In this document: one piece after another, positions 47,644 to 55,783 of the stretch
How positions within the stretch are numbered: the stretch's first letter is position 1
How the letters are laid out: each line of letters opens with the position of its first letter
Source: an uncultured Desulfarculus sp.
GTDB taxonomy: Bacteria > Desulfobacterota > Desulfarculia > Desulfarculales > Desulfarculaceae
DNA: 64,000 nt
Direction: 5' to 3'
Assembly: GCA_963665125.2 (NCBI GenBank)
Contig: CAXXUK010000001.1
Coordinates: 3,168,001-3,232,000 of the forward strand
Made by a program: the position numbers and the translations under genes
Notes under the pieces: model-generated
What the model saw: only the letters and a program-made list of their open reading frames with translations
Told to the model about the DNA's origin: nothing
Databases searched by the model: none

Positions 47644-50600
47644 TCAGGCCTTATCAATTGCCTGTCTGATGCGCGTCAGAAGTTCCTCTCCGCGGAAAGG
47701 CTTGCTGATAAAACCCACTGCCCCAGCATCTATGGTGTCTTTGGCCGTTGCATTTGCCGAATAGCCGCTGGCGATGATCACCTTTGCCTCGGGGTTCAAC
47801 TCCAACAAGCGCACTAGGCACTTGTGGCCGCCCATGCCGGGCATGCTCAGATCCAATATGGTCAAGTCGATGGCAGAAGGGTTTTGGGCGTAAATCTCAA
47901 GCGCCTCCTCGCCGCTTTTTGCCGTCAGCACCTGATAGCCCGCGTCACCAAGCATGCTGCGGCCCAGTTTGCGCAAAGCCTGCTCGTCATCCACGAACAA
48001 AATGGTCTCATTGCCTGCGAGTGTCGATACCGGTTCGGCCTGTTCGGCCATGGGCTCGGCGGGCGTCGGGGTCTCCGTGGCCTCAGCGGCCTCAGCGGCC
48101 TCCGGGGCTTCGCCGTCGGCTGGCAGGTATATTTTAAAGATAGTGCCGCGGCCCATTTCCGAATAACAATGGATGTGTCCGCCATGTTCCTTGACAATGC
48201 CGAACACCGTTGAAAGGCCCAGCCCCGTGCCCTTGCCCACCTCCTTGGTGGTAAAAAAGGGATCAAATACCTGCTGCCTGGTCTGTTCGTCCATGCCGCA
48301 GCCGGTGTCCGAGACCTGCAACAACACGTAATGCCCCGGTGATATCTCCAGATGACGGCGGCAGTACTCCGGGTCCAAAAATACCTCGCTGGTTTCAACA
48401 ATCAATTTGCCGCCCTCGGGCATGGCGTCGGCGGCGTTGGTGGCCAGGTTTAACAACACCTGCTCAATCTGGGTGGCGTCGGCTTTGATCTGGGGCAGTT
48501 CTTCGTCCAAAATGGTTTTCAAGTCGATCATCTTGGGCAATGTCCGATCAAGAATCCTTGCGCAGTGGTCAATCTCCTGGTTGAGGTCTATGGCTTTTAG
48601 ATCGACTTCAACCTTCCGGCTGAAGGTAAGGATCTGCTGGACCAACTCCTTGGCCCTCTCCGAGGCCCGGAGGATCTCCGACACTTCATTGGCGCAGAGT
48701 TTGTCTTCCTTGAGCATGGACAGGGCCAACTCGGAGTAGCCCATTATAGTGGCCAGGATATTATTGAAATCATGGGCCACGCCGCCGGCCAAGGTGCCGA
48801 TGGCCTGCATTTTCTTGGACTGGCGCAACTGAAGCTCCAACTCGGCCTTTTCGTCCTCGGCCCTCTTTTTATCGGTGATATCCTCCACCACGCCCACGGC
48901 ATACTTTGGCTCGCCGTTGTTGTCGCGCACCATCGACGCCGTCACGTTGACCCAAATAACCGATCCGTCCTTGCGCAGATTGCGGTCCTGGAGGGCGTAG
49001 CTGGAAATTTTTCCGGTCAGCAGTTGTCCGGCGAACCCCATGGACATGTCCCGGTCATCGGGATGAATTAATTCAAATAGTTGCCGGCCTATGAGCTCAT
49101 TTTTTTCATAGCCCCACATCTCGCAAAGCCTCTTGTTGGCCCTGATGATCCTGCCATCCGGGTCGACATGGTTGATACCAACGGCCGCCTGCTCGAATAT
49201 CGCCTCAAACTGTTCCCTTGACTCCTCGGCGGCGGCATTGGCCAGTTTTCTATCCGTGATATCCAGGGCAAAGCCGTCCAAATAGGCAAATTCGCCGTTT
49301 TCATCTCTAACCACCTTGGTGAAGGTGGTCATCCACATTTGGGAGCCGTCTCTTCGGCGGCAGTGAAGTTCATAGTCCACCGCGCCGTTATGCCGGTCCA
49401 AATGTTCGATGAACCGGAGACGATCCTGGGGGTCCATGTACAGTGTGGATATATCCTTCACCTCACGGACCATCTGTTCGGGTGATTCAAAACCCATCAT
49501 GTTGGCAAAGGCCGGGTTGACCATCCTGTAACGCCCCCCGGGCAGGGACTGGTAGATGCCCAGCGGGGAATTGTCGACAATATTTCGGTAGGTTTCCTCG
49601 CTTTTGGCCAGGGCCCTCACCGCTTCCACGCGCACGGTGACATCCCGGAGTTGGGCGATGATGCATTTTTCGCCGCCATAGTCCAGCAACTTGGCCGACA
49701 CCGTGGCATAATAGGGCTCGCCGTTTTTCCGCCGCAAAAGCATATCCATATTCAAGATGTCGCCGCCGGATTCCAGGATTTTCAGCATCCTTTGCCTGTC
49801 GGCCAGGTCATGGAATATATCGAGATTAAAAACGCTTTTGCCCAATATCTCGCGGCCAAGCCAGCCTGTTTGGCGAGTAAATCCATCATTAATGAATAAG
49901 TATTGTCCGTCGGAAAACCTGGTGATGCTGATGGCGTCACTGATGCTTTCAAAGGTCTTGCGGTACCTTTCCTCGCTGTCCCTGAGGGAGTCTTCGGTCT
50001 TTTTACGGGCCGTCACGTCGCGGCCCACGATGATCATGCCCTTATTTTGCCCATCAGGGTGGTATGTCGGCACCTTGATAAACTCGATAACCTTGGGCGG
50101 GCCGTTCATGACCTGGATCTGTTCCTCGAATCTTAGCGGGCCGCCGGATCGCCAGGCCTCCAAATCCGACGCATCGCAGGCCTCCAACGCCTCTCTAAAA
50201 AAAGGGCTGTAACTGATCAGATCCAAATCCGTCTTGCCCCTGTAGTCCACATCGGATATCAAAAACAGATCGCGTATGAACTTATTTGCTTCCTGCCAAC
50301 GGCCCTCGCCATCCTTGAAGCACACGATGTCCGGCATGGCGTTTATGAGCGTGCGCAGGCGGAACTCGTCCTCCTTGGCCTTTTCCTCGGCGGCCTTACG
50401 GGCCTGAACCTCCTTGGTCAACCGCTTGTTCCAAGTCAACACCATGACCAGCACCAACACCACGACCAGCACCACTATGATGGAAACCTCGCTGATCAGC
50501 CCCCAGTCCATGCCTTGTTCATAGCGAATGGTAATCCATTTGCCTCGGATGCGGCTATGTTCCTCGGGCGTGACGGAAGCGACGACCTTGGACATGATGT

Positions 50601-51363
50601 CCCGTAGAACCGGCATATCCTTGCGCACGCCCACGGTCAATTCGTCACCAATAACGGATGCGGGAGCCGCAACCTTTAAATTCAACAGCCCCATCTTCTG
50701 GATGTAATGACTGGCCACCGCCAGGTTGCAGACAAATGCATCCGTCCGGCCTACACTCACCGAAGTGAAAGCCGCAACAAAATCTTTTTCAAATACAAAG
50801 TTGAAATTCGGATAGTCCTGCCTGAGCAGGCCATAGGTGGAAAGCTCTTTGATCACGGCGATGCGTTTTCCGGCCAGATCCTTTAATCCGGAGACGTGCC
50901 CGAAATCATTGCGGGTGATTATCACCAGGGGAAAAACCAGATATGGTTTTGTATAAATCAGAAAGTCGGCCCGGTCCGGCGTTTCGGATACACAGGGGAA
51001 AAGGTCTATCTCCCCCCGGCGCCCCAGTTCAAGGGCCTCTTTGAAGCTTACGCCCAACACCGGCGACATGGTCACGCCAAGGCGCTTTTCAAAAAGCCTG
51101 ACATAGTCGGCAACCATGCCGGCAAACTCGGGTTTGCCATCATCTTGTTCCACAAACATAATGGGATAAAAACGGACGCCCACCCCAAGCCGCAAAACGT
51201 TGTGGCGGCCGAGCCACTCCAGTTGGGCATCCGTCAGGTTGATTTGGGCCCAGTCGCCGGCTTGAGTGAAGTCGACATCTTCCGCATGACAGTCGGCACT
51301 CAACGCGGCGGCCAGCAGGACAATCACCAAAAGACACTTCAAGGGGCTGGGCGGTTTGAACAA
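47644..51363 (-). CDS. Hybrid histidine kinase with periplasmic binding (BvgS-like PBPb) domain, four PAS domains and receiver
   Basis: Signal peptide, LT..Q..WL..H..LR.G, TM helix, PAS repeats, GGVAHDFNNIL, GTGLGL, REC LDLSMPGM. Confidence 0.94.
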   Translation of the reverse strand: MFKPPSPLKCLLVIVLLAAALSADCHAEDVDFTQAGDWAQINLTDAQLEWLGRHNVLRLGVGVRFYPIMFVEQDDGKPEFAGMVADYVRLFEKRLGVTMSPVLGVSFKEALELGRRGEIDLFPCVSETPDRADFLIYTKPYLVFPLVIITRNDFGHVSGLKDLAGKRIAVIKELSTYGLLRQDYPNFNFVFEKDFVAAFTSVSVGRTDAFVCNLAVASHYIQKMGLLNLKVAAPASVIGDELTVGVRKDMPVLRDIMSKVVASVTPEEHSRIRGKWITIRYEQGMDWGLISEVSIIVVLVVVLVLVMVLTWNKRLTKEVQARKAAEEKAKEDEFRLRTLINAMPDIVCFKDGEGRWQEANKFIRDLFLISDVDYRGKTDLDLISYSPFFREALEACDASDLEAWRSGGPLRFEEQIQVMNGPPKVIEFIKVPTYHPDGQNKGMIIVGRDVTARKKTEDSLRDSEERYRKTFESISDAISITRFSDGQYLFINDGFTRQTGWLGREILGKSVFNLDIFHDLADRQRMLKILESGGDILNMDMLLRRKNGEPYYATVSAKLLDYGGEKCIIAQLRDVTVRVEAVRALAKSEETYRNIVDNSPLGIYQSLPGGRYRMVNPAFANMMGFESPEQMVREVKDISTLYMDPQDRLRFIEHLDRHNGAVDYELHCRRRDGSQMWMTTFTKVVRDENGEFAYLDGFALDITDRKLANAAAEESREQFEAIFEQAAVGINHVDPDGRIIRANKRLCEMWGYEKNELIGRQLFELIHPDDRDMSMGFAGQLLTGKISSYALQDRNLRKDGSVIWVNVTASMVRDNNGEPKYAVGVVEDITDKKRAEDEKAELELQLRQSKKMQAIGTLAGGVAHDFNNILATIMGYSELALSMLKEDKLCANEVSEILRASERAKELVQQILTFSRKVEVDLKAIDLNQEIDHCARILDRTLPKMIDLKTILDEELPQIKADATQIEQVLLNLATNAADAMPEGGKLIVETSEVFLDPEYCRRHLEISPGHYVLLQVSDTGCGMDEQTRQQVFDPFFTTKEVGKGTGLGLSTVFGIVKEHGGHIHCYSEMGRGTIFKIYLPADGEAPEAAEAAEATETPTPAEPMAEQAEPVSTLAGNETILFVDDEQALRKLGRSMLGDAGYQVLTAKSGEEALEIYAQNPSAIDLTILDLSMPGMGGHKCLVRLLELNPEAKVIIASGYSANATAKDTIDAGAVGFISKPFRGEELLTRIRQAIDKA

Positions 51364-51482
51364 TGGTGCCTCTTTCGCTGATTCAGTTTTTGTTTATTGC
51401 CTAATAAAATAGCACTTTCCGTTTTTAATTTGTAGGCAACTTACCCAAGTGCGGCCCGATGTCGAAAATTTTTCAGACGGGT

Positions 51483-51508
51483 GTAACCCTTCCCCCTGTC
51501 CGCATGAA
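51483..51508 (+). promoter_or_regulatory. Putative ECF sigma promoter GTAACC-N16-TGAA
   Basis: Upstream of the ECF operon; the same -35 and spacing recur at 53697. Confidence 0.55.
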
Positions 51509-51595
51509 TTAATTACAGAACCACAACCGTTTGATCATCAAAGTCACGATGCGGTTTAAACGGACTTATATTTTAATTATAGATTACAGGGTACC

Positions 51596-52126
51596 ATGGC
51601 CGTCAAAGGACAAAACTATCGCCTGATCCGATCGGCAGCCGCCGGCATGGTTATTATTTTCCTGGCCTTTTTGTGCTTTGCCTGCGGCGGGCCATCCACA
51701 CGGGACAGGAGCTATTCCGGCGCGGGCCCGGGCAATGGCCGCGTAGGCCGGATGGCCATGCCTGAAAGGCCTTCGCCCGAAACCATGTCCCAGGATCTGC
51801 TGGACAGCCTTTCGGCCAAGGTTGAACTTGATGCGGCCACAAAGGAAAAAGTAAAAGAGATCCTGCTGGCCGACGCCCAGAAGCGCGGCCGGTTGATGGA
51901 GCAGGGCCGAGGCACGTCCCATGATGAGATGCACCAGGAGATGGTAAGCTATGACCAGCAGCTCAACAGTGAGTTGGCCCAAGTTCTAAGCGCCGATGAA
52001 ATGGAGGCCTTTGAACAGGTCGTAAAGGAGCAAAGGGATAAGATGAAAAACAACGCGCCCCCAAGGCCCCAGGGCACGGGCATGGGCGGCGGCATGCGTC
52101 CCGGCTCCATGGGCGGCGGCTGGTAG
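51596..52126 (+). CDS. Exported or lipoprotein helical protein, Spy/CpxP-like
   Basis: Hydrophobic leader with FAC, helical body with VLSADE, Gly/Met-rich tail. Confidence 0.65.
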   Translation: MAVKGQNYRLIRSAAAGMVIIFLAFLCFACGGPSTRDRSYSGAGPGNGRVGRMAMPERPSPETMSQDLLDSLSAKVELDAATKEKVKEILLADAQKRGRLMEQGRGTSHDEMHQEMVSYDQQLNSELAQVLSADEMEAFEQVVKEQRDKMKNNAPPRPQGTGMGGGMRPGSMGGGW

Positions 52127-52190
52127 GCAAACAGGCCATGGAAACGATGGAGTTGGCGCAGGGACGCGCAATTCGGCAAGGAGCCGGTGT

Positions 52191-52823
52191 TTGTCGGAAC
52201 CTGAATCCTCCAACGCCACAGTGCGTGTTGATACAAATGACCCCGGCGCGGACAATGAAGTAGTACATCGTGTTTTGGCTGGAAAAGCCAACGACTTTGA
52301 ATACTTGATAGAAAAGTACCAAAGCCATGTGCTGCGCGTGGTCTGCGGAAAAATTCCGCGGGAGGCGGAATTGGAGGTTGGCCAGGACACCTTTGTCCGG
52401 GCTTTCACCTCGCTGCATACCTTTGACACCAGCCGCAGCTTCAAGCACTGGCTCACCGGTATCGCGGTGCGTAGTTGCTGCGACTATTGGCGCGCGCAAA
52501 AGTGGCGCAGGGAAGTGCCCCAAAGCTCATTGAGCGAAGCCGAACAATACTGGCTGGACAACCGGGCGGCCTTTGACGATTTCGCCGAAGGCGCCAATCC
52601 GGAAGCCCGGCAAATGGAAGCCAAACAGGTTTTGGACTGGGCCCTTGGGCAATTGGAGCCCAAGGATCGTCTGGTCTTGATCATGACCCATCTGGAAGGT
52701 CGCACAACGGCCGAGGCGGCAGACGTACTGGGGTGGAGCCAGGCCAATGTCAAGGTGCGGTCTTTCAGGGCGCGCAAAAAGCTGCGCGCGGTGATAAACA
52801 CCGCAATAAATGGCGCGGAGTAG
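52191..52823 (+). CDS. ECF-type RNA polymerase sigma factor
   Basis: QDTFVRAF.SL..F, FKHWL..IA...C.D, EAA..LGWS..NVKVR.FRAR.KL. Confidence 0.92.
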   Translation: MSEPESSNATVRVDTNDPGADNEVVHRVLAGKANDFEYLIEKYQSHVLRVVCGKIPREAELEVGQDTFVRAFTSLHTFDTSRSFKHWLTGIAVRSCCDYWRAQKWRREVPQSSLSEAEQYWLDNRAAFDDFAEGANPEARQMEAKQVLDWALGQLEPKDRLVLIMTHLEGRTTAEAADVLGWSQANVKVRSFRARKKLRAVINTAINGAE

Positions 52824-52828
52824 AAGCG

Positions 52829-53152
52829 ATGAGGGAGAAAAAGCGTTGCGAGGACATCGAGAAGGCCCTGGTCCGGGCCTATGCCGACCGGCGGCCCGTT
52901 GAGGCGCCGCCGGGCTGGAGCACCGATGTTATGAGGGCCGCCCGGCTGACCGCCGCAGATGGTGTCGGCAAGGAAAATATCGTCCAGTCCCTTTTCAACC
53001 GGCTGGCCCTTGGCGTGACCACCGCAGCCCTGGTTGTCGGCGTGGCCATGTGGGGCTACTTGGAATTCTTCGGGCCGGATCTGGAATACAAGCTTGTGCA
53101 GAGCACCCTGTTGGCCAAGGGCAGCCTTCTGTCCTGGGGATTGGCCTTGTAG
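52829..53152 (+). CDS. Putative membrane anti-sigma factor
   Basis: Directly after the ECF gene; PPGW...VM motif then a TM helix. Confidence 0.7.
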   Translation: MREKKRCEDIEKALVRAYADRRPVEAPPGWSTDVMRAARLTAADGVGKENIVQSLFNRLALGVTTAALVVGVAMWGYLEFFGPDLEYKLVQSTLLAKGSLLSWGLAL

Positions 53153-53172
53153 GTTTTTTCGGAGGGGATAAC

Positions 53173-53688
53173 GTGAACAAAACCAAGATTTGGGCCGGGG
53201 TGCTGACCGTATTCGCCGCCGGCGTCATTGTGGGGGCATTGGGCGGCATTATGTACAGCCGCCACGACTTCCAAAAGCGCTTTGAGAATTTCCACAAAAT
53301 GCCCGCCAAAAGCATCGCCAGGGTTATCCTGGACAAGATAGACCATGAAGTGACTCTGACCGCCCAGCAGCGCCTGGAGATAGAGCCGCTGATCTTGGAA
53401 GGAGCCCAAAAGGCCGACAAGACCATGGAGGCCACCAAACAGAAGATGCAGCAGCATTTGCAGGATCTGTTCAGCCAAATAAAAACGAAGCTGACTCCGG
53501 AGCAAAAAACCAAATTCGATCAGGCCGTGGAAAACGGCCTGTTCCAGCCGCCCGGTCCGCCGCCCGGAGCCGATGGGCGCATGCCTCCGCCCATGGAGCC
53601 GGGCCAAGGTCCGCCGCCGCCAATGCATGGCGATGGCGGACCTTGGCAACATAGACCCGGTCCGCCTCCGCCACCGCCCGCGGAGTGA
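53173..53688 (+). CDS. Membrane-anchored periplasmic helical protein with Pro-rich tail (ECF accessory)
   Basis: GTG after GGAGGGG; VF.AG...G TM motif; LTAQQ and LTPEQ (LTxxQ) motifs; poly-Pro C-terminus. Confidence 0.75.
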   Translation: MNKTKIWAGVLTVFAAGVIVGALGGIMYSRHDFQKRFENFHKMPAKSIARVILDKIDHEVTLTAQQRLEIEPLILEGAQKADKTMEATKQKMQQHLQDLFSQIKTKLTPEQKTKFDQAVENGLFQPPGPPPGADGRMPPPMEPGQGPPPPMHGDGGPWQHRPGPPPPPPAE

Positions 53689-53696
53689 TTTTTTAT

Positions 53697-53722
53697 GTAA
53701 CCGCAAAGCCTTTCGCCCCGAA
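53697..53722 (+). promoter_or_regulatory. Putative ECF promoter GTAACC-N16-CGAA
   Basis: Ends about 50 nt upstream of the GTG at 53774; overlaps the left copy of the direct repeat TGTAACCGC. Confidence 0.5.
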
Positions 53723-53773
53723 ACCATACCAGGACGGAAAAGTTATCCGGTAGTTCGGGCGAAAGGCATTTTT

Positions 53774-54505
53774 GTGAGCTACGAAATACAACCGCAATTT
53801 GAAATCAATCCAGGCTTGCCCAGAGGCATTGTCCATGAATTGAATCTAACCTGCCCCTTTTGCGGGGGTCGACACCTTTACAAGCTTGGCGACGGCCGCC
53901 GCAAGTGCCGGGACTGCCGCCGGCGCTTCACGCCAAACCCCATTGGCAGCCGCCTTGACGAAAGCGTCCTGGACAAACTGCCCACCCTGTTCTGGGATCT
54001 TGTCCCGGCCGAGGAGGCCTCGCTGGAACTGGGGCTCAACCGCAAGACCGTGCAGCGCTATTACCGCAAGATGCGCCGGGCCATAGCCGACTACAGGCCG
54101 GCGTCCTATCCGGAAAAGCAGACCGCCTGGAACGTGGTTGGCTTTTTCCAGGGCTATTGGCGGGTAGGCGGCCTGTCCAACGATCTGGCCGGCGTGTTTC
54201 CGGTTTTCGGCCTGGCCCAGTTGGGACAGCATGTCCGCGTGGTCATGGCCCAGAACCGGGCCGACTACACCCGCCTGGACGCCAATTCCATGCGTTTGTC
54301 CACGGCGGGCGGCAGGGCCGCCGGAGATATGGCCAATGGCGGTGAGCGCCTGGCCCGTGAATTCTGGAATTTCGCCAGACCAAGACTGGGCGCCTATCAC
54401 GGCGGATGGAAGGCAAACCTGCCGCAGTTTTTACAGGAAATGGAATTCCGCTTTAATCACCGCAATTCTCCCGGCCCGCCGGAGTTGCTGCGCCGGGCGC
54501 TATAA
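53774..54505 (+). CDS. IS1595/IS1016-like transposase derivative (Zn ribbon plus HTH, DDE core degenerate)
   Basis: CPFC..LYKL.DGR.KC..C, LGLNRKTVQRYY..MR..I, PVFG, FW.FA..RL..Y.G, L.E.EFRFNHR; no DESYFGG block. Confidence 0.75.
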   Translation: MSYEIQPQFEINPGLPRGIVHELNLTCPFCGGRHLYKLGDGRRKCRDCRRRFTPNPIGSRLDESVLDKLPTLFWDLVPAEEASLELGLNRKTVQRYYRKMRRAIADYRPASYPEKQTAWNVVGFFQGYWRVGGLSNDLAGVFPVFGLAQLGQHVRVVMAQNRADYTRLDANSMRLSTAGGRAAGDMANGGERLAREFWNFARPRLGAYHGGWKANLPQFLQEMEFRFNHRNSPGPPELLRRAL

Positions 54506-54552
54506 CAGCAGGCTGCAAGGCGGGGCGATGTTGTAACCGCCACAATCCCCAA

Positions 54553-54596
54553 GCCCGGTAAAGCATAATCGTTTATGCTCTACCGGGCGTTTTTTT
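54553..54596 (+). terminator. Strong intrinsic terminator
   Basis: gcccggtaaagcataa-tcgt-ttatgctctaccgggc followed by gT7. Confidence 0.85.
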
Positions 54597-55018
54597 CTCA
54601 AATCATCCTACTGATATCAGGTCAACGTCGGGTCGCCGTTGCCGGCGCAAATCATTATCTTGCCAATCGTGGTCCTGTTAATGGTCTATTGGCCGGCCAT
54701 GTTCCGCAACAGCGATAGCGCGTGGCGGTTATCGAAAATTACTAAGCAGTTAAAATATTCCCAACCAGATAAACGTCAAGGCATTTATTGCCGCTTTTTG
54801 GTTTTTATCACGCGATTGTCCGATAGCGTACATACCACATAATCCACAGATCAATGCATCGCAGCCCATCATCTTTGGCCTGTCTATTGCATTATTATAT
54901 GCCTGAAATTTAAAGCTAAGTTTTAAAAACATATTCAACAAGGCAAGCACCTGCTTATCAGACCATGACCAAGGACCAGTGTCATGGCATAGATGGTTTT
55001 ATCTGACATGGCAGGGTG

Positions 55019-55032
55019 TTGGTGTACACCAA
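55019..55032. promoter_or_regulatory. Perfect 14-bp palindrome TTGGTGTACACCAA
   Basis: About 140 nt upstream of the EF-hand gene; resembles GntR/FadR-type TGGT..ACCA operators. Confidence 0.4.
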
Positions 55033-55169
55033 ATCGAGAACCATAAAACTATTGCGGTGGAGGCCATGGCGTAAACAACATTAGCGCAATAAGAACGGGA
55101 AGGTGACCAGATAATATCGATAAATGTAAATTGATTTCAATTTTCAAACAACAAAACCAGGAGAACAAA

Positions 55170-55619
55170 ATGAGCGTCTCGGCAATAGGCGGCGGCACTG
55201 ACACGCAGGCCATGTACGGCATGGGCCAGCGGCCGCCCAAGCCCACCGAAGAAGAAATGGAAACTATGGCCACCGATTTCATCAGTCAGCTCGACACCGA
55301 CGTCGACGGAGTACTGAGCATCGACGAAGCCGGCGTGGACGAAGAAAGCTTTGCCGAAATCGACACCGACGGCGACGGGTTTGTCACCACCGAGGAAATG
55401 ACCACCGCCATGGCCGAACTGGGCCCGCCACCGCCCCCGCCGGGCGCGGGCATGGCGCCCCCCAGCGACGACGACGAGGAGACCAGCACGGTCTCGGCGG
55501 CCAAGGGCGCCGAAGAATACAAAACCCAGAGCAACGCGCTCATGGATCTGCTCTTCCAGACCATGGGACCGGGCGATGCCGCGAGCGCCGCCACCCAGGG
55601 CATCAGCCTCACGGCCTAG
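55170..55619 (+). CDS. Acidic EF-hand calcium-binding protein
   Basis: ATG after AGGAG; DTDVDGVLSIDE and DTDGDGFVTTEE loops; poly-Pro stretch. Confidence 0.85.
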   Translation: MSVSAIGGGTDTQAMYGMGQRPPKPTEEEMETMATDFISQLDTDVDGVLSIDEAGVDEESFAEIDTDGDGFVTTEEMTTAMAELGPPPPPPGAGMAPPSDDDEETSTVSAAKGAEEYKTQSNALMDLLFQTMGPGDAASAATQGISLTA

Positions 55620-55630
55620 TTCGTTGCGGC

Positions 55631-55677
55631 AAACCGGGGCAGCCGGGCACAAGGACGTGCCGCTGTCCCGGTTTTTT
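55631..55677 (+). terminator. Intrinsic terminator
   Basis: accggggcagc / gctgtcccggt stem followed by a T run. Confidence 0.75.
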
Positions 55678-55783
55678 CGGCACCTCTGCCTGCCATGTTG
55701 GACTGCCCCCGGCCCCGATGGTGTGCTAGTCTTTAAACAGGTCCAGCGCCGATAATGCCCATGCCATCATCCGGGAGGCAGCG

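Larger units (their letters stand above)
53696..54540 (+). mobile_element. Degenerate IS1595-family element or domesticated derivative
   Basis: Transposase-like ORF flanked by direct repeat TGTAACCGC (53696-53704, 54532-54540) and short inverted repeat TCGCCCCG/CGGGGCGA (53713-53720, 54521-54528). Confidence 0.5.

Noticed and set aside
48060..48110. Short tandem repeat gcctcagcg in the kinase gene
   Set aside because: Encodes an AAEAAEA low-complexity linker between HATPase and REC; in frame and unremarkable
54533..54560. Third GTAACC as an ECF promoter
   Set aside because: No YGAA at 16-nt spacing and it runs into a terminator; better read as the right copy of the direct repeat
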